From: the human T2T-CHM13v2.0 reference genome, Homo sapiens
Assembly (NCBI RefSeq): GCF_009914755.1
Contig: NC_060929.1
Length of the DNA: 64,000 bases
Direction: 5' to 3' (one strand)
The notes under the pieces are model-generated. The model did not search any database. It was not told where the DNA came from and saw nothing but the letters and a program-made list of their open reading frames with translations. Positions 1 through 13,260 of this stretch are shown here, piece by piece. Each line of letters begins with the position of its first letter. Positions within the stretch are counted from its first letter, which is position 1. Made by a program: the position numbers and the translations under genes.

Positions 1-2369
1 CCCTAAAATAGCAAGGAGCCTAAGGCACGAGCAGGAAAAGGAGACAGAAGTTCAGGCACAAGATACCAGGAAAAAGGCCGTGAAAGAGAAGGTACTGCTG
101 TATCAGGCAGCCAATCTTCTCATTCCTTTCCCACTGGGACTGATGTAAATCCTAAGGAACAATGGAGGCAACTATTGGGTCAACATAGTTGAAATAGAGA
201 TCGCAAAAACAGAAATTAAAAAAAAAAAAACAAAAAACCCTACATTGATTCATGCATAGATAACTCCTAGAATACCCAAGGTCTATCAACTTTCCTTTTG
301 AAAATTCTTTAAGTTGATTCATATTGATCTCATTCTGCTTGACTCAATGATAACACAAGTCTATTACTTTCCATACACCAGCAGGAAGTACTACTCACTT
401 GATTTAAAAGTCTCTAAATAAGAATCTGTTTATAACTTGATAAAAATGTATAATCCCCTTGGCTCCTCTATCTTTTTGCCTTCTGAGAACTTTTGATCCT
501 TGCATTACGTCTCATTGATTCCTCTTTGACATGAATTCTTAGTATTTTACGAATATTCCATCTTGGCTTTCCATATATGAATACACATAGGCCACATTGC
601 TTCTCAGAAGAGATATTTACTCTCTTTATGTGAGCATTTAGCATCTGTCTAGTAATGAGAGTACAATCTTTATGTATGGGCCATAAAAACTTCAAACTGA
701 TGAAAAGTATCTGTCTGTTTAAAACATACATTTTGCTGCCTTCTCCCGAATCCCAAAACATGTACCTAAATAGTTTTGTGGACAACAACATTCTACATCC
801 ATATAAGCAAACTTGTAGAATTTGGTACATTATTTTATCCATTCTTTATTGTAATATAATGTTGTGACTCCATCAGAATTAGCCAATATAGAGCCATTCT
901 TCAAGTTAATAGATTATTCTCATTATTCAGCACAGCTATCAATTACCACTGAATACCATAATAAGTGAATTTCTTCTAATCCTGCTCTTGGGAGAGTATG
1001 AACATTTGAGGTCACCAGAGAACAAGAGCAAAAGATAAGATTCAGGGGGGAGGAAAACGTGAGCATAGGTGTATGTGAATATACCTCTATGTATGTTTAT
1101 AAAAGTCAAGTCTGGAGGAATTCACTTCTAGCATAAAAGAAACTGATTTCAAGTTATAAAATATAAAGTATCCCCTAAAGAAAATGATTACTAAATAACC
1201 TCAGAAAATACATCCAAAGTACCACCTTCTTGCTTTCCAGTTACACTTTGGTTATTTCACCCTATATCAACACCCTCAAAACACAGGCAAAGTTAAAAAG
1301 CTAGGGCACTGGAAAGGAACAATTTCTCTCCCCTCCTTTCCTTTTTTCTCCTGCACCACCATCAGCTGAATAATACATATAACCTTCCTTTTTTATCAAA
1401 AGCAACAGCTGGCAAATTGTTAAACTGTTTGGAAAATTCTGACAAAGTAATGTTAGTTTAAGACAATGCTATCTGACATAAACTTGTCGCATTAGACAGA
1501 TTAAAAAGACTAATGGAACTATAAGAAAAGAAATAAAAAAGGTCATTGTGCCACAGTAAGATCTTGCCCTGGGCTTGGTCTATAGACAATAGATCTGAAA
1601 TTGCAGCTGACTGATGCCATTTAAAAGGGAAAGAAGAATCCAACTAAAGGGACCTCTACTAACGCCTCACCCGACCTGTCATTCTTTGGAACACCAGCAT
1701 GTATAGTTGTAAAAGACGGAATGTAATTATTCTCTATTTTCTCTAGTCACAATTTGAAATGTCAATTTGCATAGCTTGCAAAGCAAACATAGTTTAAAGC
1801 ATATTTTTCATTGTATTTTTATTATTTCCCCTTTGAATCTTCCCCATCAGTAATATACCAGACTGCCTTTTTCCCCTTATATGAGTGTTTGTGTGTATGT
1901 AATAGATGATAACCAGAAAACATTAATGAATATCATTGGTGTTTTTATACACATAAGGAAAAAAGGTTTGTGAGATTTTCTTCATGCATAATATAAACAT
2001 ACTGACTTTACACTAAAATGTAAACATATCAGAATTTAATGAATTTATAAATCAATAGTTTTCAGGTAACCAGGAATTTCATAAAAAAATAATTCCTTTG
2101 AAAACACAGATAATTTTTTTATTTACCCAGATAAAATGGACATATTCCTTTGAATAAAATCAAGCAGAAACTGCAAAAAAGCACCCAGTAAAATTAATAT
2201 CAAACTGTAAATATCAAACTCTCAAATCTATGTTTACAGTAAATAAACCTAAATTGCTATTGTTAAGTGGTCATTTGACGAAATGCTCATGCAAAAGTTA
2301 TTTTTTGCCATCCTCCAGAGCCTCTGTTTGTCTCTCTTTCTCCCTGACCCTCCCTTAAGCTATTTGAGT

Positions 2370-2370
<1 letters not shown>

Positions 2371-2401
<31 letters not shown>
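2371..2401. repeat. (CA)15 microsatellite
   Basis: Pure CA run read directly from the sequence. Confidence 0.97.
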
Positions 2402-2403
<2 letters not shown>

Positions 2404-3339
2404 CTTCTTCTCAAACACTTCCTGATTTAAATGTGTTTAATTTTGTATTTAAACTGAGTCAATTCCATTTTATCTGCTTTCCCTGCCCCTTTATCCTTCC
2501 TACTTGGAGTTGATCTAAGATTTTAAGGGCTTGGAATTATTATTATTTTAAGAGAAGAGATTCAGTTCATCCTAGTTTCCCTCCCCTCTGACAACATACT
2601 TCATCCCACCTGAGCCTCTGTGATAAGCCAGAAATAATGACAGGTGTCCACAGTCCTGTCTGACTCTACAGTAGATAGTGTCACTATCCATCCTCTTTGT
2701 CCTACTCCAAGCAACTTGCAATCCACTGTTCCTCTCAGTACTTTCACATTCCTTCTGGGGGATTTGGGGATACAGAACTGTCTCCGACACCTTCTCTAGT
2801 TCTTTGGGCTTTATGAGGCTGGTTTGGGCCCCTGTTGAATCCGTTTTTCACTCTCAACTGCCTGCGGTTGAAAATAATGGTATTCAAAACTATTTTATAG
2901 TTCTAAACTTACAAGCTATGTACTAATTGTAGGGAAAAAACTTGGTATGCTCAAAATTATGTGTGTATATGCATGCACATATATGTATGCAGAATTTTGA
3001 TTGAGTTACAGAAATAATATGTTCATATTAACAACTAAAGAGTACTGAGGGTTCTACAATAAAATTAGTCTCTCATACATTACTGAAAAATTCTTTCCCA
3101 TAGATCCAATTATGTATAGTTTTTAGATTATTTTCCATATTTTTCTTTATTATTAAAAAATGTAAAATAAATGTGCACATATTTTTGAAAGATGTAGAAA
3201 GAGGACATACTCTTGTATTACTATATTATACTCAAATAATAAAAAATTGGTTCTTTAAATTAATATCACATACATCCTCAAAATCAGTATGGATCTGCTT
3301 ATGATTTTTAAATGACTGTAACTGTTCCAGCCTTTCTCC

Positions 3340-3568
3340 CTTTCTGCAAGTGACAATTTGTTTCTTTCAGTAATCTTCAGTTCTTCTATTTCTCTCCTAT
3401 TTCATATGCTATCCATCACTAAATCTTTGGCGTTCAACCTTCTCAATGTGAAGAGATTCCATCTACCTCTCCCCGCTGTCACCCTTGTTCAAGCTGCCAT
3501 TGCAATAGTCTCCTACTGGTTCCTCCTGCCTCCATCTTTGTACTGCAGTAGTCGTTATTCCACACACA

Positions 3569-3612
<44 letters not shown>

Positions 3613-3640
3613 AACCCATAGTGATATTTTCAAAATATCA
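3340..3640 (+). mobile_element. L2 (L2a-like) LINE 3' region, first fragment
   Basis: Matches the recalled L2 3' consensus (atccatcactaaatc...cccttgttcaagctgccattgcaatagtctcctactggt...gtgatattttcaaaa). Appears to continue at about 9410. Confidence 0.75.
3561..3608. repeat. (CA)n microsatellite inside L2
   Basis: CA run with one GA interruption. Confidence 0.95.
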
Positions 3641-3679
3641 CCAGCTGTAAATTTATTTATAAACTTGAATATATCAAAT

Positions 3680-3930
3680 TATTTAAAATGGCAAAACTAA
3701 ACTATGGTACTTATAGGTACATCCTTGCAAGCTAAAACCATGGAAAACGCTAAAAAGTAATGACTATACAGTTTAAGATAATGGTTACTTTTGGGCAATG
3801 GGATGGACATATTGGGGGAGGCTTTACGGTGGTTAACAAAGTTCCACTTCTAAATCTGGGTGGTGGTTTCAAGGATATTTCCCTTGCAGTTTATGACATG
3901 TATATTTGTCTGTGTGCTTATCTGTTTCAG
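3680..3930 (+). mobile_element. L1ME-type 3' UTR fragment
   Basis: ggcaaaactaaactatgg...atggttacttttggg...aatctgggtggtggtt resembles ancient L1M 3' ends. Confidence 0.6.
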
Positions 3931-4489
3931 TGTTGAGGGTTTTTTTAATTAACAGACTTTATTTTTTAGAGCAGTTTTAGGTTTATAGAAAATTAAAAGT
4001 ACAGAGAGTTCTACATAGCCCCTCTCTTACAAGACAAAGTTTCTCCTGTTATTAACAACTTGCCTCAGTGTCCTATATTTGAAGCAATATTGATACATTA
4101 TTATTAACAGAAGTTAATAGTTTACATTAGGGTTCACTCTGTGTTGTAGATTGTTACAGGTTTTCACAAGTCATAATGTCACCTATCCACCATTACGGGT
4201 CATATATCATGCTCTAAAAATCCCCTGTGCTTCATCTTTTCATCACCCACCCTTTGCCCACAAAATCCTGGCAACTATTGCTTTGTTTTTACTTTCTCTA
4301 AAACTTTGCTTTTTAAAAAATGTCAGAAAGTTAGGATCATACAATATGTAGGCTTTTCAAATTGGCTTCTTTCACTTACCAATATGCTATCCAGTTTCCT
4401 CCATGTCTTTTTGTGGCTTGATACCTCATTCTTTGAATTGCTGAATAGTAATCCATTGTATAGATGCACCATTTTTTCCATTCAGGTTT

Positions 4490-4770
4490 TCAAAATTTTA
4501 TTGTTAATTGACATAGAATAATTCTACGTACTATGGAGTACATAATGAGGTTTCAACACATATAATGTATAGTGATCAGATCAGGGTAATTGGCATGTCC
4601 ATTATTTCAAACATTTATCATTTCTTTGTTTTGGGAACACTCAGTATCTTCTTACCTATTTGAAACTATATATTATTATTAGCAATAGTCATCCTACAGT
4701 GACATAGAACAGAACTTATTTCTACTAACTATAATTTTGTATAGTTACTAGATTAATAAATCTCTCCCAT
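4490..4770 (-). mobile_element. L1MA-type 3' end inserted in the L1MC element
   Basis: tataatgtatagtgatcagatcagggtaattggcatgtccatt...catttatcatttctttgttttgggaaca matches reversed L1MA 3' UTR. Confidence 0.75.
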
Positions 4771-5661
4771 TAATCTTTTGAAAAGCATATTTATAATTGC
4801 CCAAATTATAAATTGGCAATTATAAATAAAGCTGCTATAAACATTAGCATACAGGTTTTTTGAAGACATAAGTTTTCAACTTATTTGATTAAGTACTAAA
4901 AAAGTGACTGAATGGTAAGACCATTTTGTTTTGTAAAAAACCATGAAAAACTTTCAAAGTGACTGTACCATTTTGGATTTCCAGCAGAAATAAACGAGAG
5001 TTCCTGTTACTCTATATCCTCATCAGCACTTGGTATTGTCAGCTTTTTTTGTTTGTTTGTTTGTTTTAAACTTCAGCCATTCTAATAGGTATGCAGTAGT
5101 AACTTGTTATTTTAATTTGCAATTTCCTAATGACTATGATGTTGAGCATCTTTTCACATGCTTACTAGTTTTCTGTGTATCTTTTTTAGTGAGGTGTTTG
5201 CTCAGAGTTTTGCCCATTTTTAATAGAGTTGTTTGTTTTTATATTGTTGAGTTTTTTAAAGACTTATTTGTGTATTTTGCATACAAGTCCTTTATCTGAC
5301 ATGTATTTTACAAATATTTTCTCCCACTCTGTGCTTTGTCTTTTCATTCTCCTAGCAGTGTCTGTCACAGAGCAAAAGCTTTTTATTTTAATGAAGTCCA
5401 ACTTACCAATGTTTTATTTCATGGAAAACACTTTTGGTATTGTATCTAAGAAGTCATCATCAATCGTCAACATAAGGTCACATAGATTTTCTCCTATGGA
5501 ATGTTCCGTAAGTTTTACAGTTTCGCATTTTACATTTAGGTCTATGGTCCACTTGAGTTTATTTTTGTGAAAGAAGTAAATTCAGCATCTACGTACATTT
5601 TTTTTTTTTTTGCATGTGAATGTCCAGTTGTTCCTGAACTATCTGTTGAAGATTATCCTTT

Positions 5662-6276
5662 TTCTTCTAATGGATGAGCAAGAAAAGTGGTTTCTTGAGA
5701 TGGAATCTACTCCTGGTTAAAATGCTGTGAACATCATTGAAATGACAGCAAAGATTTCAGGAGAGTACATAAACCTAATTGACAAAACAGGGGTAGGGTT
5801 AGAGCGGATTGATTCCAATTTTGGAAGATGTTCTACTGTTGATAAAATGCTATCAAAAAGCAACACACGCTACAGAGGAATCTTTCATAAAAGGAAGAGT
5901 CAATCAATGGGACAAACTTCATTGTTGTCTTCTTTTCAGAAATTGTCACAGTCACTCTAGCCTTCAGCAACCATCACCCTGATCAGTCAGCAGCCATCCA
6001 TATCAAGGCAAGAGCCCCCACCAGCAAAAAGGTTACGACTTGCTGAAGGTTCAGATGATTGGTGGCATGTTTTAGCAATAAAGTATTTTGAAATTACACT
6101 ATGCACATTGTTTTTTAGACATAATGCTATTACACACTTAATATAGTACAGTTTATTGTAAACATAATTTTTTATGCACTGGGAAACCAAAAATTTTGTA
6201 TGACTTGCTTTGTTGTGATAGTCACTTTATTGTAGTGATCTGTAACTGTACCTGCAATATCTCCAAGGTATATCTG
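5662..6276 (+). mobile_element. Tigger1 DNA transposon, 3' part only
   Basis: Decayed transposase C-terminus (ORF 5727..5960, ERIDSNFGRCSTVDKMLS). Right TIR gcaatatctccaaggtatatctg is followed by a TA target site at 6277-6278. Confidence 0.92.
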
Positions 6277-7871
6277 TATGTAAACTCAGTGCTATAAATT
6301 TGCCTCTAAGAAATGCTGTTACTGCATTTCACAAATTCTGTTAAGGTGTATCTAATACTTATTTAGTTAAGAATATTTTTAGTTTCTCTTTAGACTATTT
6401 CTTAGATCCATGTGATTTTAGAAGTGTGCTGTTTAATCTCCAAATACTTTGAGATTTTCCAGCCTTTTTTGTTATTCATTTCTAGTTTAATTCCATTGTG
6501 ATCTGAGAACATACTTTATATGATTCTTATTCTTTTATGTTTGTTGAGGTATATTTTATAAACCAGAGTTTGTTCCTTGGTGTGTATTCCATGTGAGCTT
6601 AGGAAAAATTTGTATTTTGATGTTGCTGGTTGAAGTATTCGGTAAATGTTAATTAGATTCAGTTGATTAATGATGCTCTTCAGGGTAACTATATTCTTAC
6701 TTGTTTTCTGCCTGTTGGATCTGTTCATTAATGATAGAGGTGTGTTGAAATCTTCAATTATAAGAGTGGATTTGCCTTTTTCTGCTTGCAGTTTAATCAT
6801 TTTTTGCCTCACATATTTTGATAATCTGTTATTAGGCACATATACAATAAAACTATTCTGGCTTATTGGAGTACTGATTACTTTTCATTATTTAATGACC
6901 CATTTTATCCTTTATAATTTCCTTTCTTCTGACGTCTGCTTTGTCTGAAATTAATTCACCTATTCCAATCTTCTTTTGGTTAGTGTTAGGATGGTGTGTA
7001 TTTACTCTATATCTTCATATATAGAAGGAGTTTCTTGTATACACTATGTGGTTGGGTCTTGGTTTGTTTTTTGTTTTCTCCATTCAGTCTTTTATTTGGT
7101 GTTGGACAATTCACATTAAAGTGATTATTGATATAGTTGGGTAAATATCTACCATTTTTTAACTATTTTTTATTTATACACTGGTTCTTTCTTTTTGTAT
7201 TCTTTTTCTGCTCTCTCTGGTTTTAATTATTTTATATGATTCTGTTTTCTCCCTTCTCTATTATGTCCATAATACCTCTTTTAAAATTGTTCATGATTGT
7301 TTCTAATTGTTCTAGACTTTGCAATATACATTTGCAACTAATGAAAGACCACTTTCAAACAACACTGTACTGTTTCACAAGTAATGCAGGTACCTTAACA
7401 AAGTATTCTCAATTCCTCCTCCCACCTTTTATAGCATTGTTGTCACTCATTCTACTTATCCATAAACTATAACCACCCAATATATTGTTTTGTTATTATT
7501 TTGAATAGTTACCCATTACATTGATTAATAAAAATAAACAAATTGTGGTATTTTACCTTTATTTATTCTTTCTCTACTACTCTTCCTTTCCTTATGTAGG
7601 TCTGAGTTTCTGACCTATATTGTTTTCTTCTCTCCGAAGTACTTCTTTTAATTTTTTTTGCAAGGCAGGTGTACTGATGACAAGTTACCTTGGTTTTTGA
7701 TTTTTTCAGAAAGTATTTGTCCTTCACTTTTGAAGGATATTTACTACATACAGAACTCTGTTTTTTTTTTTTCTTTCAGATTGTTAAATATTTCACTCTA
7801 CTCTTTTCTTACTTGCCTGCTTGCTGAGGAGACACTCAATGCAATTCTTGTTCTTTTATAGGTAAAATCTC

Positions 7872-7910
7872 CCTTTCTCTTTCTCTCTCTCTCTCTTTCT
7901 CTCTCTCTCT
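7872..7910. repeat. (CT)n-rich tract
   Basis: Imperfect CT run. Confidence 0.8.
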
Positions 7911-9409
7911 ACCTGTCTCTACCCAGCCCCTCTGTCTTCTTTTAAGAGTTTCTGTTTGTCTTTTATGCCTGCAATTTGAATATGATGCGTCAAGATGCAT
8001 ATGTTTTAGTATTCACCTTGATTTATGTCTCGGAGCTTCCTGGATCCACGATTTGGTGTTTGTCATCAATTCTGGAAAATTCCAAGTCATATTACTCAAA
8101 TATTTCTTCTGTTTCTCTTTTTCCTGTTATTCCCACTATACATATGTTATACCTTTTGTAATTATCTCTCAGTTCTTGAATATTCTGTTCCATTTTATCA
8201 TTCTTTTTTATTTTTGGTGTCTAGCATTTCATTTTGTATCTTTCTTAGAGTTTCATCTATCTATTCACATGGTCCAATTGTTCTTCTATGTTGTTTACTT
8301 CTTCCATTAGAGCCCTTAGCATATTAATCATAGTTATTTTTACTTCTCCATCTGATAATCCCAAAATCTCTATCCTATATGAGTCTAGTTCTGTTGCTTG
8401 CTTTGTCCCTTCGAACTGTGTTTTCACTTGTATTTTTTATGCCTTGTAGATTTTTCTGAAAGCTGAACATAATACATTAGGTTATAGAAAGCAAATAGGG
8501 TTTTAGCATTAAGTTTTATGTTTATATGTCTAGGAGTTACAAGATGTTTACAATTGTCTGTGGCTGTTGGGTATGAGGTTTCAAATTCCTCTATCATCCT
8601 TGTTTGTGTCTCTCTTGTTTTGGGTTTGACACTCCTCCTTAAATAGGGTCTGAGCACTTCGTAGTTCTTTCAACCATAATCCTCTGTTATGATACAGCAG
8701 CCCTGTGATGTGGCATAAGATTGAAGGAGTAGTGTATCCTACGATCAGATATCAGTCTTTTAATGAGACTGTGCCCCTAGGCTGTGACCTCCCCAAGTGC
8801 TTCTGAGTCCCCTCATCCCCTCCCACCACCACTTAGGTGAGTCAGGGAGACTACTAGGGGCTAGAGTTGGGTATTTCCTTCCTCCTTGCTATTCAAGCTC
8901 TGGTGAAGTAGTTTCCTTTAAAGTAAAGAATAGAATGCTATGGATGTATTTAGAATGGTTATACTTCTCCTCCCCCTGAAGAGAATGTGAAGGTGTTTAC
9001 TCTGGTCTTCACTGGGAGAACCTATCAGAGCTCTTGCAGGTAAAACTCACAAAAGTGTGAGGGCTTTTTTAAGACTGGGCACCCTGGAGTTTTTCACTCT
9101 CATGCCAATCCTCACTTAGTGTCTAGCCATTCATCAATTACAGTTTAAGTTTTCTTACCACTTCCAGTGGCTCCAGTGGTTTCTGCTTCCAGCGTGCTAT
9201 GGTTCTTTGTATTTGCATGTCTGTCTCTTTCCAGTTTCAGGGCACTGTTGTGTGCTCAATTATGTGATGGATTTAAGAAAGCATGTATAATGTTTAATAT
9301 TTTCTGCTTTTTTCTTGTTGTTAGTATGGGAGTGACAACTTTCAGGGTGTTTAAGTTTTAATAAAAAGTGTAATTGATTTGAAAAGAGAGACTAGGAAAA
9401 CACACACAC

Positions 9410-9794
9410 ACGTTGGTCTGGTCATGTCATTTGTTTGTTCAAAACCTTCCAATAATTTCTCTTTGCACTCAAAATAAACCCCAAGATCTTTTTTGTTACA
9501 CAGAAGTACCTAACTCATGCGGCTCCCTGCTACCCCTCTGATCATATCTCTTACCTATCTTGCCCCTACTCAACATACTCCAGCCTTGCAGGCCTCTTTG
9601 CTCTGCCTTGAACGTATCAAGAACATGCCTAAGGACCTTTGCATTTTCTCTTCCTCTGCCTAGAAAGCTCTTCTCAGATATAAATAGGTTATTCCTTTAC
9701 TCCATTGTTACCTTTCCCAGTATCCATACACAGCCACGCCACATAAAATACCATCATTTATTGCATCATTTCCTGTTTGTTTTATTCATCTTAT
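9410..9794 (+). mobile_element. L2 fragment (continuation)
   Basis: tcatgtcatt...aaaaccttccaat...actccagcc...ggacctttgcatt...ctctgcctagaaagctctt follows L2a 3' consensus order. Confidence 0.75.
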
Positions 9795-10521
9795 TGAAAT
9801 CACCCTTGCAAAAATTATAACAGTGAGAAAATTATGACAGTAATAGAAATCTGATCTAACCAACCTCCATCTTGCCTTTAACCTCCAAACTGTCCTTAAT
9901 CATTCCTAGGCTTATGCTAAGCTAACTGTGGGAGACATTTAGTTTATAGTTTAAATGATAACAGCCCTTACCCTAAACTAACCTGCCTTTGTAAAGATAA
10001 TGAAAGGCCAGCAGGATAGGAGGATGAGAGGAGCCTGAATTCTGTGAATGTACCAGTCATGACATAATATGTAACAGGTACCAGTCATTATTCCAGAGTT
10101 CGCAAGATTTGCAACTTTAATTACTCCTGCAGATGATATCACTATTGTAGAACCTAAAATTTGTCTTCTGAGATGTCTTTTCAGGTTTTTGCATTTCTGA
10201 TGACTGCATTTCCACCTGAAGCCATGAAACGGTCTCATGGCCCTACTCAGAAATGGACTTAGCACACAAAAGAACCATTTTCTATACTCTTATGATTGTA
10301 TTCCCAACCAATCCATGGCATCCATTCCCTGGCCCACCAAACTATCTTTGAAAAACCCTACCCTCATAATTTTTGGAGAGATTGATTTGGGTAATAACTC
10401 GGTCTCCCATGTGGCGTGGCCAGCCTCGTATCAATTAAACTGTTTCTTTATTGCAATGCCATGGTCTTAGTGAATTGGTTTTGTCTGTGGAATGGACAGG
10501 AAGAACCATTGGGTGGTTACC
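9795..10521 (+). mobile_element. Solo LTR8-family LTR (LTR8A/LTR8B-like, ERV1)
   Basis: Starts tgaaatcacccttgcaaaaattataacagtgagaaaattatgacag and ends ccattgggtggttac(c). Flanked by a 4-bp TSD ttat (9791-9794 / 10522-10525). Confidence 0.88.
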
Positions 10522-10525
10522 TTAT

Positions 10526-10692
10526 TAGCACTTATTGATATCTAAAATATGTACTTCTTTTTTTTATTGGTTTAGTGTCTATCTTCTCTCAATGAAATCA
10601 AACTCCATCAGAGCTGGAAATTAATTTGTTTTGAGCCTAGTACCTAATAAGAACTCAAAAAATATTTGTCAGTAAGTAAGTAAATTAATAAA
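10526..10692 (+). mobile_element. L2a 3' terminus
   Basis: tgtctatcttctctc...aaactccatcagag...gagcctag...actcaaaaaatatttgtcagtaagtaagtaaat is the typical L2 tail. Confidence 0.7.
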
Positions 10693-11749
10693 TCAGAAGT
10701 ATTTGCTATCATACACTATAATGTATTTAATCCTTCCTTTATTAAGAGACATTAAGGTTATATCGAATTTTTCACCGATATAATAAATATAGAAATTCAT
10801 GTTTGAATGGGTACTCAATATTATTCACCGATTCACAGTTCAGTTGTGTAAGGAAGAAAAGCTAAGTTGGACAAAAGTTTCACTAATAAAACAATCACTT
10901 CTAAGAGTAGTCCTCTCTCCAGTTTTCCTCTCTGCGGTACTGTGTAGTACTGGTGTCTGTCTCCCACCACCACATCTTTATTGTCTGTCGCCTGTTCATT
11001 ATTATCAATAGATGTTGTACTTGAATTTGTTCGTTTTGGAATAATATGCAATATTAATGCAAATTGATTTTAACATGTTACCATACATTTCACGAGAGGA
11101 AATTTGTTTCATGCAGTGAGATTAAAGAAATGCGAAAATCACAAAAATGATTACAATAGCAAAATGGCATAGTTAAACCGCTTGTCATGGACAGAAGAGA
11201 AGACTGACAACTATGATGTTGTGATATATATTTCTACTTATTTTATCATTAAAGGACTTTTGGTCTTTTGGAATAAATAAGATTCTTTTAATAATTTTGT
11301 TGCTAAAGTCATAAATCGGGGATTTAATATCATGCTACCATAAAGTGTTTTTGGAAATACTGCATCCAAAATGCCAAGATTTAATCCATCCATAACTTGT
11401 GAAGAAATAGCCCACAGAAGCAATTATAATCTAATTTTATCACATACCAAGTACATTTATTTTTATAATATTTGTATGAATTTCTGAAAAAAATTTCCTC
11501 ATTATATAACATTTCACCACTTTTAATAAAATTCAGTACCCATTTAAAATGGATTCAGTTAAAGTGGATATTTATTAACTAGTTCTTCTCAGATAACTGT
11601 GATCCTCTGGGATTAATCCAGAGGTGGGCTTTTAGGAAGCCGAGTTCCTATCTAGTACATAGTATCAATTGTCCCTCCTGGTATTTTATAGTTAAGCTGA
11701 ATTACTATTACCTGACTGCACTGACCACTAATAAATAAACAGTAATGTT

Positions 11750-13260
11750 TATAGTATAAATTAATAAAAGTGTAATCACTGAACTCAATGGGAACATTTT
11801 AAGTTTTGACAGATATTAACAAATATCTCACCAAAACATCTTTACAAAATTACACTTTTATCAACAATTTATGAGACTATCTTTTCCTTCTTTTTTGCCA
11901 ATATATTGTAAATTTTTGAATCTTTTGTTAATGTCTTAGACAAAAAAGGGTATCTTATTTTGATTTGTATTTTCCTAATCACCAGTGAGGTTGAAAATAT
12001 TTTCATATCTTTTTTATTCTTGTAAATCACCTCTTATAACCTTTGCTCTTTTTTCCAAATGAGTTATCATTTCAAAATAGATGTATATGTATTTTTTAAA
12101 ACTTAACCTTTGCCTCATGTAGACAATGCAAAGATGTCCTACTTATCTATCATTACTTTTTTAATTTCTCTGATGTTAATTTTTTCACCCTGTAGGAGAT
12201 TTAAATTTCTCTGTAGTCAAATGTATCAGTATTTTTAACTATTGGAGTTAGATATAAAATTTCATCCTATATACACACATAAACACATACACATTTTAGG
12301 TCAAGATTACAAACATTAAGATTATTAAATTGCTGCCTTATATTTTCTTCTATAATCTTTATAAATTTATTTGCTTATTTCATTCCTAAAATAATCTGAA
12401 GTTTGTCTGAGAGAGTGTGTGTGGTCAGGGGTGGGTGTCTGTACATAGGATGAAATGTATGTCTAAACTATTTTTCTCCTACTTCATTTTCAATTGTCCC
12501 AATACCATTTGTTTAAGCAGTATATCATTTTCATTGATTGGAAATTCCATCTTTATTGCAAACAAAATTGCTACATATTTATGGCACTGATTTCTGGGGT
12601 CTTATGTTTCAATGAAATATTTCTGTACCAGTATCACATTTGCTATAGATTATATGTTTGTGTCTCTCCAAAATTTATATGTTGAAACCTAATCTCCAAT
12701 GTGATGGTGTTTTGTGGTGAGGCCATTGGGAGGTGATTAGGTCATGAGGATGGAACCGTCATGAATGGTATTAAAGTTCTTAAAAAGAGGCCCCAGAGAG
12801 CTCCCTTCTCCTTCAGCCATGTGAGGACACAGTGGCCAGACAATGTCTATGAATTAGAAAGTGGACCCTCATCACACACCAAATCTGCCAGCACCTTGAT
12901 CTTGTACTTCTTAGTCTCTAGAACTGTGAGAAATAAATTTTTGTTTCTTATGAGCCCTATAGTTTATGGTATTTTGTTACAGCAATCTGAATGGATTAAG
13001 ACAATACTTTTTAAGCAGGGGAGTTTTGTAGTTTATTTTATATCTGGTATATCAAGACCCGCCAAATATTTTCTTCCTTTTTTTCTTCTTTAATTGATTA
13101 TTCTTCTTCTTTAATTGATTATTCTTTATGTTTTTCTTTTCAGATGCCAACTTTCATAATATCCCATTGGGATTTTCATTGGGTGTTATTAAATTTATAA
13201 CTTAAAATTTAGATAACTGGCATCTTTACAATATATTTTCCTAATTAAAAATATCATATG
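11750..13260 (-). mobile_element. Ancient L1ME-type fragment, host of MLT1A and the provirus; resumes at about 20750-20830
   Basis: Reversed L1 ORF2 C-terminal pattern (ttttgatttgtattttcctaatcaccagtgaggttgaaaatattttcat; caattgtcccaataccatttgtt; cccattgggattttcattggg). Confidence 0.7.
12641..13003 (+). mobile_element. MLT1A/MLT1A0 MaLR solo LTR
   Basis: tgctatagattatatgtttgtgtctctccaaaatttatatgttgaaacctaa...aaatctgccagcaccttgatcttg...gaactgtgagaaataaa...ggattaagaca, with TG...CA ends. Confidence 0.9.

Larger units (their letters stand above)
3945..9360 (-). mobile_element. Ancient L1 (L1MC1/2-like 3' end, ORF2 endonuclease, ORF1 and 5' region), interrupted and internally deleted
   Basis: agactttattttttagagcagttttaggttt is the reverse of the L1MC 3' terminus. 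ORF 6516..6839 (IIEDFNTPLS...IYRILQP...YKFFLSSHG) is the L1 ORF2 endonuclease. T-rich antisense L1 character continues to about 9360. Confidence 0.85.

Noticed and set aside
1-190. Purine-rich, exon-like start of the window
   Set aside because: The frames I read end in stops, with no recognisable product or convincing splice pair.
468-867. Overlapping 124 aa and 70 aa ORFs with faint LINE RT-like fragments
   Set aside because: No recognisable domain. The RT-like scraps need several frameshifts and are spaced too closely.
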